64,000 bases of DNA from assembly GCF_009914755.1 (NCBI RefSeq), contig NC_060940.1. One strand, given 5' to 3'. The position numbers and the translations under genes were made by a program. This DNA is from the human T2T-CHM13v2.0 reference genome, Homo sapiens. The notes below the pieces were generated by a model, which saw only the letters and a program-made list of their open reading frames with translations, ran no database searches and had not been told where the DNA came from. Positions 30,415-45,199 of this stretch are shown piece by piece; positions within the stretch are counted from its first letter, which is position 1; each line of letters opens with the position of its first letter.

Positions 30415-31050
30415 GGCTGTGTGCTGAACTGGCTTGCACCCCCTCTGGAGAGCCAGTTTTGTTCCACACAGCCATGATCACAAACTAAGTTATATAAACT
30501 TACAGTTAAATCATTTGTATTAAAAAGAAAGGAAAGAATTTTTTTTTTTTAAGACAGAGTCCCGTGGTGTGATCTTGGTTCACTACAACCTCCACCTCCC
30601 CGGCTCAAGTGATTCTTGTGCCTAGGCCTCCTGAGTAGTTGGGATTACAGGCATGTACCACCACGCCTGGCTAATTTTTTGTATTTTTAGTAGAGATGGG
30701 GTTTTGCTGGTCTCAAACTCCTGAGCTCAGGTGATCCGCCCGCCTCGGCCTCCCAAAGTGCTGGGATTATAGGTGTGAGCCACCGCACCCAGCCAGGAAA
30801 TACTTCTTGTTAGAAATGCATCACTTTCCAATTGTATTGCTCCGTTTTGCTATTCTCTTGGCTCCTGGGGTTTTATGTCTTTTGCATCCGTGTGGTATGA
30901 CCAGGAGAGAAGCTACTCCACATCTCTTCCCACTCCCATTCAGTGGCCTCACGTGGGTTGCCTGAAATCAACCATGCTGGGAGTATTTACACCTTGGAAA
31001 TTGGCCAGGGCTACATGAGGAGAGCTGGTGGTTCAGTCCTGACCAAGCGC
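30415..31050. mobile_element. MER63-like hAT fossil containing an internally deleted Alu (-, ~30538-30795)
   Basis: GAAATCAACCATGCTGGGAGTATTTACACCTTGGAAATTGGC resembles the remembered MER63 consensus; the Alu is clear. Confidence 0.6.
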
Positions 31051-31468
31051 AGGGCTGCCTGTAGCCTGCTCTAGTCTCTCAAAGCCTCGTCCCCCGGCAG
31101 AGTGAGTTTTGTGTAGCGGACTGGTCTCTTAGAGTGGGGCCGGTTAATGTCCTGAGTGCTGTTTATGCTTCTTGGTCTAAGCATGCAGAGACAGTGCCAG
31201 AGATGAGCACGCTTGCCTTCCATTCCCGTGGGAGGCCCTTAGGAGAAGCTTCTAATGAGAAGTGCCGGGTCTCCCGCCTTCTATCTCTAAGACCTTCAGG
31301 AGTTTCCTTCTCCTATCTGAGCCTCGGTTTCCTCATCTGCAGCACGGGACACAGTAGTGCCTGCTTTGCAGGGCTCAGTAAAAAGACCATAGAGCCCACA
31401 GTTCCCTGACTGGCACAGAACTGCATTCCCTACATGTGCACTACGGACAGATTTAAAAACCCATTCCA

Positions 31469-31805
31469 GGCCGGGCACAGTGGCTCACAGTGGCTCATGC
31501 CTGTAATCCCAGCACTTTGGGAGGCCAAGGCGGGCAGATCTCCTGAGGTCGGGAGTTCAAAACCAGCCTGACCAACATGGAGAAACCCCGTCTGTACTAA
31601 AAATACAAAAAAAATTAGCCGGGCGTGGTGGCGCATGCCTGTAATCCCAGCTACTCGGGAGGCTGAGGTAGGAGAATTGCTTGAACCCTGGGAGGCGGAG
31701 GTTGCGGTGAGCCGAGATCGTGCCATTGGATTCCAGCCTGGGCAAGAAGAGCGCAACTCCATCTCAAAAAACAAAAAACAAAAAGCAAAAAAAAAAAACC
31801 AAAAA
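31469..31805 (+). mobile_element. Alu (S-type)
   Basis: Dimer; internal 10-bp duplication CAGTGGCTCA x2; TSD AAAACCCATTCCAG. Confidence 0.95.
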
Positions 31806-32905
31806 CCCCATTCCAGAACCAAATATTTATGAGAATGAATAAAACAGAAGCAGAACGTTTGTAAATAGTCCAATAACCTTTCCATGGAGCTCAGTCGGTT
31901 CTGTGGACTTGGTGTTTTTGGTTTTTCTTTCCTGGCATTAGATGAAACTCCTGAGAACAATGATTTACTGAGCGCTTACACTGTGTCAGGGCAAGAGTTT
32001 GCCACGTATTCGCTCTTGGGAGCCTCTCGACAAATCCACCGGGTGGGGCCCATGGCAGCCACCATGCGGGCCTCGGTGCTATGCAGCCCCTGGCCTGGGC
32101 AGGCTGGCCCCTACTGTCAGTGTGACTGTGGGTCTGTTTTCCCCTCTAAGCACCCCTCCAGGGCAGCTGGAAATGGTGGTTCAGTTTGCACCCTGCCCAG
32201 AGATGCCTGTCCTGCTGAGGGGGGCTGGGAGGGGCTAGAGCAGCCAGGAGCTGGTGCCACTTTCTCTTTCAAATGCATCCTGCCAGACGGGGGGAGGGAG
32301 GGGAGCATTGCATTGTCTATCTGGAGGCACCCCCTGTGCTAATAGCAGTAGGGGACTGTAGGAGCCAGCAGTGGCCCACAACTTGCATTCCTCAGTTCCC
32401 CATCTCCTTTCCCCCATTATTTCTGTGAGCTCTTGAGAGCCTTCCAAACATCCTTTTATTTTTTGCTGAGATAGCAAGAGTGGGAGAAGCAGATGGCCTG
32501 GAGCTGTGCTTTCACCATTCCATGAGTTCTGACCTTCACCTTCATCTTTGTACCGTAAGCATCTGTGTCTGCTGGCCTGAAGGCTTTCTCTGGCTGCAGG
32601 AGCCTGCTCAGCCCACACACAGTCAGGCCAAGGTGCCGGGGAGGTAACACCTGTAGGAGCAAATGGAGCTGGAGCCCGATGGCCCAGCTGGCTTCTCAAC
32701 TTTGGTGGGACACGAGTGAGGAGTGTTCCACACGGTTTCTCCAAGGTCCACTGGGTTTGAGCTCTAGTGCCCAGGCAGCCACCTGCTCATTAACACTCCC
32801 TGAAGGGCGCCTTCCCTTTCCTGCCCAGCTTCCCACTCCCCAGCTGGGGCTTCCTGGGATCCCCTCCCAAATGTACTCCCTGCACTCGAATCCTGTCGGA
32901 TCCAT

Positions 32906-33705
32906 GCTGTGGGTTGAACTGTGTCCCCCCAAAGATATATCCAACCCCTAACTTCTGATCCTTGTGAATGTGACCTTTTTTGGAAACAGGTTCATTACAG
33001 GTGTAATTAGTCAAAATAAGATGAAGTCATGCTGGAGGTGGGTGGTTCCTTAATATGAACCCCGTTCCTTATAAGAAAAGGAGAAGGGGCCAGGCATGGT
33101 GGCCCACGCCTGTAATTCCAGCACTTTGGGAGGCCGAGGTGGGCGGATCACCCGAGGTCAGGAGTTCGAGACCAGCCTGGCCAACATGCTGAAACCCTGT
33201 CTCTACTAAAAATACAAACATTAGTTGGGCATGGTGGTGCATGCCTGTAATCACAGCTACTCAGGAGGCTGAGGCAGTAGAATCACTTGAACCTGGGAGG
33301 CGAGGTGGACGTTGCAGTGAGCCAAGATCATGCCATTGCACTCCAGCCTGGGCGACAGAGTGAGACTTCATCTCAAAAAAAAAAAGGAAAAGGAGAAGAG
33401 ACATAGAATCAGAGACACATGGAGAGAAGGCCATGCAAAGACAGAGGGTTGCAGAGGTCAGAGTGATGTATCTACAAGAGACACATGAGGGACCAGAGAA
33501 CATGAGGGACTGCCAGCCACCACTGGAAGCTGGGAGAGACATTGAAAGGTTTTCTCCTTAGAGCCTCCACAAAGGAACCAACCCTGCCAAACACCTGGAT
33601 CTCAGCCTTCTGGCTTCCAGAACTGTGAAAGAATCCACTTGTGTTGTTTTAAGCCCCCAGTGTGTGGCATTTTGTTGCAGCACCCTCGGACACGAATACA
33701 GTCTG
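32906..33705 (+). mobile_element. MLT1-type solo LTR with nested Alu (+, 33088-33385)
   Basis: TGTGGGTTGAACTGTGTCCCCCAAA start; TTCTGGCTTCCAGAACTGTGA near the end; Alu TSD AAAAGGAGAAG. Confidence 0.85.
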
Positions 33706-34389
33706 CTCTGGGCATCAAGGGAGTCAGCTTCTGTTGGTTGCAACCGGCAACGAGACATTTCACAGATAAGGAAACTGAGGCCATTGCAGAGAATGACTTA
33801 TCTGTGCTGTTTTGGCTGGGGACAAGTGGGGCTATCACTATATCCCCAGAGTCTGGGAGCTTTGTCTGCTCCTTGAACCAGGTGAGCTCACACCCTGCGG
33901 GACTTCATCATCAAGACTATGAAGATGCCTACGTCTTGGGGGTCAGCGGGTGCTCAGTAGGCTCCGGAAACCCCCAGCAGCACCCAGGAGGGGGTCTTCA
34001 AGGCTCATGGTTGAGAACCCCAGAAAAGCCCCGGAGCTGCCTGGGTGCTGGAGAGAGGGGATATGTCGTACTGATGTGAAGCAAACTTACTGTAGGCTTG
34101 GCCACACCCTGGTGTCTAGCCCAGAACCTGGCATGGAGGGGGGACTGGAAGGAATGAAAAGTCCATGAATAGCTGACTTTTGAGGGGGACCTTAGGCAAA
34201 TCACTTTCTCCTCGCTGGGACTGAGATTCCTCATCTGAGGTCCCAGCCCTGAAATTCCAGGTGGAAATCAACGAGTAAAGAAGCATCCCAGGTCCCTGTG
34301 TGGTTATCACTCGGGAGAGGGAGACAGGAAAGCAGGACACCTCTGTGCCAGCACTCACCGCAGCCACAGGGCAGAGGCAGATGGATGCC

Positions 34390-34800
34390 CATGAGGTGAG
34401 CACATCGCACCTGTCCACTCAGGGGACTAGAACTCAGCCATAGAAAGGTACGGAGCCTGGACACACGCCATTGCACAGATGAACCTCGAAGACATGATGC
34501 TGAGTGCACAAAGGCCACGGGTGTGTGACACTGTTTGGATGCAACGTCCAGAAGAGGCAAATCCAGCGGGACGGGAAGGAGATTCTTGGTTGCCAGGGGC
34601 TGGGGGAGGGAGGAATAGGGGGCAGCTGTCTGATGAGAACAGAGGTTCTGCCTGGGGTGATGGAAAAGCCGCAGAAATAGATCATGGAGGTGGTTGCACA
34701 CATCGTAAGTCTAATTAATGCCGCCAACTCGCACACTTAAGATGGCTGAAATGGAAAATTGCATGTTATATATATTTTACCACAATAATTTTTCTAAAAA
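34390..34800 (+). mobile_element. Ancient L1M 3' fragment
   Basis: GATGAACCTCGAAGACATGATGCTGAGTG ... GGTGGTTGCACA ... ATGTTATATATATTTTACCACAAT. Confidence 0.7.
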
Positions 34801-36059
34801 GCAGCGAGAACCTGAGGCACCTCTCGGGAATTCTGCGATGGCACATAGAGTCCTTGTGAGTCCTCTGTGTCCCCAGCACCGAGAGGCAGCCTCTCAGCAA
34901 GTGTCCGCTCACGGTGCCCACTCCGGCTCGTGGGTCATCGTAGCTTCACGCCCATCTCCTCTGAGGCCTCTCCCTGAATGCCCCATTATGATTTCCCTTA
35001 AATGTTTACATAAGAGCCCAGCTCTTCCTTCTTAGCATTTAGCTCTGTTGTTGTTATTGGCATGATTTGTTTAGGTTTCTCTCTAACTGCTTTTGCAGAT
35101 GACCACAAAAAGCAATTCGTTCGCCTTATCTGTGTGCTGTTGTGTGTGGTGTCTCTGACTTGTCCTGAAACAGCCACGTGAAGTCAGGGCCAACGTCTTC
35201 TGGTTCAACTCGGAACTCCCCATTTCCAGCCCAGCGCCCGAAACCCAGTGGGCCTGGGAATTATGAATTTACTGTTGAATGAATGAATAAATTATGTTAA
35301 AACCTTCCGGAACAGAATAGAAGGGATGGAAAGTTCTAGAGGACTCTCGGGTGCACTGACTGACAATGACGTTGTTGGGAAGACTTGGTCGACTTTGCCG
35401 TCTCGTGAATTTCTTTCTTTCTTTTTTTTTTTTTTTTTGGCCTCCCTCTGAGGAAGTCCCATTAACCTTGTGCCAAATTCTGTCCCCAGAGCCCAGTGTT
35501 AAGGGCCCCGGGCACCAGGAAATGGCATTCATCTACGCACGCTGAACTCTAAGCCCACTGTTCCGGGGAGCGACATATTTTTAGATGTTTGACGTCCAAA
35601 TTCCAGAGGAAGAGCAAGTAATGCTTAGAGGAAAACTGGCTTTCTTCCTCCACCACGCAAACCAGTGCTGGGGTGCATTTTTATTGGTCTGGCCGCTAAG
35701 CTGCTGGAACTTTCCAAAGAAGGGTAAAAGCTCCTGCATGTGGAAGGAAGGGGGTGGTGAGCACTGAGGGAGGCATGTGGGTAGCTTTGGTGGCAGCTCT
35801 GGAGATTGGATTCTTTTTCCCTAAATGGAAGTGGTTTATAAATTCTTCTACTGATTATTAAAAGAATGATGTTTACTGTAAAAAAAAAAAAAGTCAGGCA
35901 ACACAGAAAGTTATAAATTAGTAGAAATGATCTGAATTCTTCCTCCAAGATGTAAACTCTGGTGACATTCTGGGGTGTCTGTCTAGATTGTTTCATGAAG
36001 CAGTTACACACAGCACACGTGTTTTCTCTTAGTGGTATTTTATTCGTACTGATTCAGAT

Positions 36060-36350
36060 TTCTTTTATTGAAATGAAATTCACATGACAGACAATTCACC
36101 CTTTCAAAGGTACAATTCAGTGGTGTTTAGTATACTCAGAGTCATGCAACCGTCCTAACTGCCTAGTTTTGGAACGTTCCCATCAACCCTACAGGAAACC
36201 CTGCAGCCATTAGCCGTCAGTCCTCCTTCCCTCTTCCCGCAGCCTCTGGCAACTACCAATCCACTTTCTGTCTTTATGGATCTGCCTGTTGTAGACGTTT
36301 CATGGAAATGGAATCATCCAGTATGTGCTATTTGGTGTCTGGCTTATTCA
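36060..36350 (-). mobile_element. Ancient L1M 3' fragment
   Basis: TACAATTCAGTGGTGTTTAGTATA ... CTGGCAACTACCAATCCACTTTCTGTCT. Confidence 0.7.
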
Positions 36351-36654
36351 CACTGTTTTATATGTTGCATTTTCACTTAATAATCTGTGGGAAGTATGTT
36401 AACATGGTGGATCGACATCTTCCTTTCTAAGGCCTGCCTGGTGTTCTCTGTGCCTTCACTTATGTATCCAGCCTCTTTTGGTTGCACATCCAGCTTGTTT
36501 GCTTTAATTGAATCTGGACTTGGACTTGCTGAATTGGGGTTCCCACTGCTGCAGCCCAAAATGGGCATTTCCCCACCTGCTTCCTAGGGATATCAGTGGC
36601 AGAATGGCTTTGCAAATCTATTTTTGTTCATCTATATGAACAAAAGGTCATATA

Positions 36655-37018
<364 letters not shown>

Positions 37019-38118
37019 TAGACTTACTGTACAATCCCTGAGCAGGAATGAAAATAAAAGCTGGAAATCACGGGTTGCTCTGGGGTTTTCAGGAAGGTGT
37101 CGTCCGTCTGGGGTGAGTGTCCTCCTTTCTCAGGGATTTCATGTGGCATTATTTTGTTTTCATCTGAGAGGCAACATAAGCTGGGAGGGAAGGGCTGCAA
37201 AGAGGGGGCCAGGACAAATGTGTACCTGGGGGCCCCCATTTTGACTCCACCCTGAGCTGGGGCTGGGCCACAGGAGGGCAGAGGGAACACTTTGGGACGG
37301 GGAGGGAGCCCCTGGACTGAAAGAATGGGAAGAAATTGACAGGCACCATTGGGAAGCAACTCCCAGTTCCAGGCTCCTGGGTCAGGAACGCCCATGGAGT
37401 AGGACAGACCCAGGTTCGAGTCCTGCCTCTGACTCTTCTCAGCTGCTTGCTCTTGGGCAAATGCTTTTAGTTTTTTTGTGCCTCAGTTTCCTCATCAGTA
37501 AAGTGGGTTTAGAATAGCAGCAGCCCCAGAGGGTGATACTGAAGATTCAGTATGTGAGGACCCAGCACAGCATTGGCACACAGTAAGAGCTTACTAAATG
37601 CTGCCTCCCTTGCCATAAGCATGAATCACACAGCCCAGGCTCTAAGCCTGGTGTCTGTGTATGGTGACTGTGTGCCTCCGTTTCCTCACCTATGCAATGG
37701 GGACAGCAGTGGTACCTACTGGGGAGGGCTGGAGGCGACTTCAGGTGGTCCTCCGAGGGCAGTGCTCTTGCACATGCTGGGTGGCTGTTTCCGCATGGCC
37801 CCTTCTCTTAGGAACTCTGCGAGTTGTTTGCCCTGGTCTTATCCAGAAATGATGAGGTTATATCCAATCCCACTTTTCACTGTTGCTGGTGGGTTTCTCG
37901 TACGTGTATCTGCAGCCTCAGCTGGACTGGAGCTCCTTAGGTTTCTTCTGCATCTGCTGAGCATCTAACCTAACGCTGTGGAGATGGTGGGCGTTCACTA
38001 AATCATCTGGGAGTGAATTGAGGGAGGATACAGCGGAAATGAAGAAAGACTGGAAGATATGAAGAATGAAGTTACTATGGGACGAGAGGCTTCTGAGTCC
38101 ATTGATTAAAAATAAAAG

Positions 38119-38633
<515 letters not shown>

Positions 38634-39157
38634 TCAAACCCAGACGCGTCAGACTCCTACACCTGAGCCCTTAATTCCTGTGCAAAGCGGCCTTTGATGT
38701 ATAAGAGGTCATGAGCTTCGGTCCCTTCCATCTTGGGATATGGCTCCTAAGTTCTTGCCCCAAAGGATGTGGAGGTTCAGCTGTGAAAAAGAGTTAGGAA
38801 GCGTTCCGAGTAGAAGGAACAGTGTGCGGAAGCCTCCAAGGCCAGGAGGAGCAGCGAATCCTCAGAAACTGAGGATGGCCGAGTCCAGCTTTACATTTTG
38901 AAAGCATCCTTCCTCATCTCTGGAGTGTGGGATATCAAGACCCACTCCCCTAATTCACATCCGCATTAAGTGAGCATAGGAGTGTGATGATGCTTGCCCA
39001 TAGCACAGCCTTACACAAACAAAAGGGCTGCCCCCACACCTGTGCAGGACCCCTGCTCTGCAGAACCCACTGCACAGGGCCCATGTGCAGATCAGCGAGT
39101 TAATGCATGTTAAGCACTTAGAAGGGTGCCCAGCAAACTGCCAGGGTGTGTTGACCA

Positions 39158-39199
39158 CCATCATCCTCATCTTCATCATCATCATCATCATCATCATCA
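39158..39199. repeat. (CAT)n microsatellite
   Basis: Read directly from the sequence. Confidence 0.9.
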
Positions 39200-41020
39200 C
39201 AGCTTTTGTTCCACCCGAAGAATATTTACTGAGTACTTGCTATGTGCCATGCACTGTTCTACGAGCCAGGGACACAGGTAAGAACAAAACCAAGTTCCTG
39301 TCCCTAGGAGGGAGAAAAACAGCAAACAAATGAGTTCATAATACACAGTCCACCCAAGGGTGATGAGGTGTGTGAAGCTCCACAAAGCAGGGAGAGGGGG
39401 AAGGGAAGGCTGTATGAGCAGATCCCGGGTAGGTGAGAGCCGGGCAGATATGGTGGGTGGGCGGGGAAAGAGCCAGTGCAAAGGCCCAGAGGTGGGACTG
39501 GGTGGCTGGAGAGAATGAGTAAGGAGGGGAGTGCTGGAAGAGAGGTCAGAGACGTGGAGGGGGTCAGGGGAGTCAATTCCAGTCCGACCTCTAGGCCAAG
39601 AACCTTGGCTGTTAACTCCTTTAACCCATGGGGCCAGGGATAAATTGGAGGGTAAGCTGTTCATGTCTCTGAGTAAAAGCTATTTCCCAGAACTCCAGAA
39701 AACGCCCTGTGTTTAGAACCCTCTTTGAGTGTCACCTTGCGTGACATGAAATATTTTTCAAAACATGTAATCCTTTAATCTGGGCCTCTCAGTGAAATCA
39801 GTGCTTTATCACTCACGTCCATCTGTTGTTTCAGTCACGCAGTAAATAACTCGGGAGATGTGGCTTCTAAGGCGCTTATCTCTTTGTTCTCTCCAAATTC
39901 TGAGAATCGACATTTGAATTTTCCTCTGAGACGGCGGCACAGCTCAAATTGATCTCTGCGTACCCTCCCATCTGGGACTGCCATTAAGGAAGTCCCAGGA
40001 CTGGGAGGCATTTGTGGTGGGTGAAAAGTGTTTTGCTTCTGATCACCAGGTTCCATTAAATTTCATAAATGAGGCTTCATCGAAAAATAAGCTGGGCGGA
40101 AAAATAAGCCGCCCCCTCCCGACGACGTACGGTGTATTCTTAACCACCCTCCGAAGGAGGCTGGGGCGCCTGTCATGTTAGATTAGGATTAAAAATTGCG
40201 GACCCCAACATGGGTCCAATGTAGTTAATTCTGCAGCAAGTGAACTGAGAGCTAATGGCGTGGGATTATGCACCTGCTGCGGCTGGAAAGTTATTGGTGG
40301 TGGTTACAGGGGTGAGGGAGATTGGGCGGAGAAAGGGGTGATAAAAGGTGATAAAAGGTCCACGCTCTGGTCTCCCCTCTGTCTTTGGGGAAAACCATTC
40401 ACCTCCTTAAGGCCTCGTCTCCATATCCACCAAATGCCAGCTTAGTGGTCATTTTCACTTTTCGTGAATTTAACAGCCAATGTTTACAAGAGTAAAAAGA
40501 AGGGTTCTCTGGGTGAAGCAGGGATGGGGGCCAGGGGCCCCCCTCCCAGGCTTTCCTGCCGCACCACCCCCCGCTCCTGCTTGGCCATTCCTGCTCTCTG
40601 CCCCTCATGCCCTCAGTCTCAGGCCCTGAGGCTCCCTGGGGGCAGCTGAAAACCTCTGGCCTTGGTGATTCCACCAATTCCCAGGGGCACCCGGCCCGGA
40701 CCTGTTCCCAGGGACCTGGTGCCCCCTGCAGGGCACTGGTGACACCGTGTGCAATTTGCAGCTACCCAGATAGGCACGCAGGAAGGACTGCGCTCGGTCC
40801 CAGCCAGGCAGGGACAGACACAGCCTCTGCTCTCAGTGTGGGGTGGCGAGGGCCTAAAAATGAAGAATCATACTAGAAACATCCCGACGAGTCTGGGGAA
40901 AGCTGCCCTCAGAAGGCTGTTTAAGCTGAGGACTAAAGGGTGATTTGGCCAATTGAAGCTGATGGGAGGCCTTCCAGGCAGAGGACCAGCACGTGCCAAT
41001 GATGATCGGTGGCACTGTGC

Positions 41021-41362
41021 TAGATGCCAGCCTGAGTGTAGATGCCCGCCTGGGTGTACACTCCATCCTGAGTGTAGACACCAGCCTGGGTGTAGACGCC
41101 ATCCTTGGTGTAGATGCCATCCTGAGTGTAGATGCCAGCCTGGGTGTAGACGCCATCCTGAGTGTAGATGCCAGCCTGGGTGTAGACGCCATGCTGAGTG
41201 TAGACGCCAGCCTGGGTGTAGATGCCATCCTCAGTGTAGATGCCAGCCTGGGTGTAGATGCCAGCCTGGGTGTAGACGCCAGCCTGGGCATAGATGCCAT
41301 CCTGGGTGTAGACACCAGCCTGGGCATAGATGCCATCCTGGGTGTAGACACCATCCTGGGTG
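41021..41362. repeat. Minisatellite, 19 x 18 bp (TAGAYRCCAKCCTGRGTG)
   Basis: Units counted by hand; exact 18-bp period with no indels. Confidence 0.95.
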
Positions 41363-41950
41363 CAGACTCAGGATACCCCAGGAGGGAAGTTCTGTAGGGA
41401 GAAACTGATGCTTGCCCAAGGTCACACAGCAAGTGAGTGGCAGAGAGGATTTAAGCCCTAGAGCCGGGATTTGAACCAAGGCCGTTAGCTGTGGAGCCCG
41501 CTCTGGTTGCCCGTCTGCTCTGCCGGATGAGACAAGCTCAGCTGGAGGAAACGGTTTGAAGAGATGAATGTGCTTGGAGGGCGAGGGGAGGAGGGAGGGC
41601 AGTTTGCTGGCATGTAAGGACAAGGAGGGTCGGGGCGATGAGATGAGGCCAATGTATCCTATATCTAAGTTATTAAATCGAAAAAGTAACATGTACCTGG
41701 TTGGCGCAGGGCTCGGAGGTCGAGTGGGGAGCTGGGACTTTGTCCCGAGGGTGCTGGGAAGCCTCTGGGGCCTTGGAGCACAGAGGTGACCAAATCCACA
41801 GGTGCCTTTCATAAAGCCTCTTTGGGCTGCAGTTTGGAGAATGGATGGATTTGGAGGCATCGAGGCCAGGGACGAGGCCACTGTGGAGGCACTGATGGGG
41901 ACTTGGGCCTGGGGTGGGGTTCATTTATAGAATGTGCCTGGCAGAGGGAC

Positions 41951-42478
41951 AGATATCAAGTTTCCAGGGGCCGCCGTAACAAATGACCACAAACTGGGGT
42001 GGGAGGGGTGGTTAAGCCAACAGAAATGAATTGTCTCATGGTTCTGGGGCCAGAAGTTCAGCATCAGCTTCACTGGACTGAGATCAAGGGGTCAGCAGAG
42101 CCGCGCCCCCCCAACTCCAGAGGTTCCTTCCTTGCCAATCCCTCTTCCGGTGGCTGCTGGCAATCATGGTCACTCCTTGGTCTGTAGACGCCATCTCTGC
42201 CTCCCTCTTCACATGACTTTCTTGTGTGCATGTGTGTGTGCATGCGTGTGTACATGTGTGTGTGGGGGGGGCGTGCTTGTGTGTGTGTGTGTGATCTCCC
42301 TCTGCTCCCCTCTTCTCAGACACTTGTGACTGGATTTAGGGCCCACTGGAAAATGCAGAATCATCTCCCCATGTCAAGATCCTTAACCTAATTGCGTCTG
42401 CAAAGACCCTTTTTCCTTTGCATTTAGGATTCCAGGGAGTAGGGCCTGGTGTCTTTGGGGACCTTTATTCAGCCAACT
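41951..42478 (-). mobile_element. MLT1-type solo LTR with internal (TG)n
   Basis: GGGCCGCCGTAACAAATGACCACAAACTGG start; TCAAGATCCTTAACCTAATT motif. Confidence 0.8.
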
Positions 42479-43653
42479 GTATGTGCAGGAGGAGACACAG
42501 GAGGCTCGAGGCCCTCCCTTGAAGGGGTCGCTCACTGGTTAAATGCGATGGCGGATTTCTATTAAGACACCGAGAAAGAGTGACAAGGGAGGGTGGGTGT
42601 GGGACATAGAAGCGGGGGTGGTGTGGCCCTAACCCTGGCCTGGGAGGGCTGGTGTCACCGAAGCACATCCCAGCCTTGAGCGCTGATTTGAGTCTCGGGG
42701 AATGGTCCCTCTGGAAGACCTGAAGGAACGGGCATTCGGCAGAGGATCAGCACGGGCAAAGGCCTGGAGGTGACGGCGCCCACACTGTCATCAAAGCAGC
42801 TTCAGTAGCTTTGTGAGGTTCTGTGAGTCAAGTCTAGATTAACCCAGGACTTGGATGATGTGCCCTCGCTCTGCATGGAGACTGCCTTTAAATTGAAGAA
42901 GAATGTGTACATGGTAAAAAGACATTGAACCACTGCAGAAGGGTGTACAATAGAAAGAAATCTCTCTCAGCTTTACACCCTATTCTTCTCTCCAAAGGCA
43001 CCTTTCCTAATGGTTTCTTGTGTGATCTTGTGTATCCTTCCAAAAACGTTCTCAGCCTATGCAAATAGATATATATATGTTACATCTGTGTGCATTTTTT
43101 TAAAAACACAGATGGGGCAGAGGCTACACGCTGTTCCGAACCGTGGTTTTCTTCATGAGCCGCCATATCCTGGCGATCTTTCATATGTGGCACATTGAGT
43201 CTTATTTCATTTTTTGCCAACACCTTAAAGGCAGGTTTTCATGGCTGTCTACTATTCCAATTTGCAGATATGCCCTATGTACTGGGCCAGCACAAGGGGG
43301 CCAGATTTTGAATATGTTGGGGGAGGACTTGTGGGGAGGTAAGTAGGTGAAGCATTTTAGATTAAAGGAACAGTTTAGGCAGAGGCCAGGAGGCAGCGCA
43401 AGCCAGGGTGGTTTTTTTCCAATTAATCTATCCTGTATCTAACTCTGTGTGTGTGTGCAAATGAGCACAAACTGCTCACCACGCACCCCATTTTCATAGA
43501 AGCAGAAGAGTGTTACTGGGCCTGGATGGAGTCTGGTGTCAGGGGACCCAGGGCAGTTTGCCTGGTGGCTTAAACTTTCTCGGTCTTACCTTTAAAATAT
43601 TGATCTTATTGGTCACTCACCCATATTCCTATATGTTAAGTACAGTACTATAT

Positions 43654-44246
43654 CTTTTTTTTTTTTTGGAGATGGAGTCTCACTCTGTCACCCAGCCTGG
43701 AGTGCAATGGCTCGATCTTGGCTCACTGCAAGCTCCGACTCCCAGGTCCACACCATTCTCCTACAGGTGCTTGCCACCACGCCCGGCTAATTTTTTTTCT
43801 TTTTTTTGTATTTTTAGTAGAGACGGGGTTTCACCGTGTTAGCCAGGATGGTCTCGATCTCCTGACCTCATGATCCACCTACCTTGGCCTCCCAAAGTGC
43901 TGGGATTACAGGTGTGAGCCACTGCGCCTGGACTTTTTTTTTTTTTTTTTTTTTAACAGGGTCTCACTCTATTGCCCAGGCTGGAGGGGAGTAGTGCGAT
44001 CACAGCTCACTGCAGCCTTGACCTCCTGGGATCAAACCATCCTCCCGCCTCAGCCTCCCAAGTACCTGGGACTACAGGAGAGAATGAGCATGCCTGACTG
44101 CTTTTTTTTTTTTTTTTTTTTTTAGTGGAGAAGGGGTTTCGCTATGTTGGCCAGCCTGGTCTCAAAACTTCTGAGCTCAAGTGATTCACCCACCTTGACT
44201 TCTGGAAATGCTGGGATTATACGCTTGTGTGCCACAGCACCTGGCC
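43654..44246 (-). mobile_element. Two tandem antisense Alus (43654-43933 younger, internally deleted; 43934-44246 J-type)
   Basis: Two reverse Alus, each led by poly(T). Confidence 0.92.
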
Positions 44247-44291
44247 CCTATATCTTATTTTTGAACTTTTTATTAAAACATAATACTTCGG

Positions 44292-44622
<331 letters not shown>

Positions 44623-44949
44623 CTACGTGTTCAGCTCCATGAATTCCCCCAAAATAAACACACCATGTAACCAGCCCCCAGACCAAGAAACAGAACAGAG
44701 CCAGTCCCAAGACCACGTGTTCCCAGCCAGTCACTGCCCACCAGATTCCTGACTTCTCATGCCAGACATCAGCTTGGCCTGTTTTTGAGCTGCAAATATA
44801 AGTGGAATCCCACTGTGGTGTTCTCTTTTGATCTGGCTTTTTTCCTTTCTTTATTTTCTGAGATGTAGCGATGTTGTTGCATGGATTTAATGATTCTGTG
44901 TATAATTTGTAAATTCTCAAAGCTCTATATAAACATGGATTCTAAGAAA

Positions 44950-45065
44950 TCCACACATATGTACATATACATATGTACATATAGACATATGTGTGTACGT
45001 ATATGTATACATGCAGACATATATGTATATACACATATATACCACATATATTATGTATTATGTAT
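44950..45065. repeat. (TA/CA)n low-complexity repeat
   Basis: Alternating purine-pyrimidine tract. Confidence 0.85.
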
Positions 45066-45199
45066 CATCTCTCTCTCACACCGGGTAGATACTTAAGTAA
45101 TTGTCCTTCAGCAAACACACCAAGATTTGCTTATCCTTTTGCTCTGGGCTTTCAGTTATTTCGTGCCGACTGTTATAAAAAGATACATGGTATCTTCTG

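Noticed and set aside
41021-41362. Regular repeat array as a CRISPR array, and its ORFs (192 aa on -, 134 and 151 aa on +)
   Set aside because: Units are head-to-tail with no unique spacers, there are no cas genes, and the context is a eukaryotic intron. The ORFs stay open only because the unit is 18 bp.
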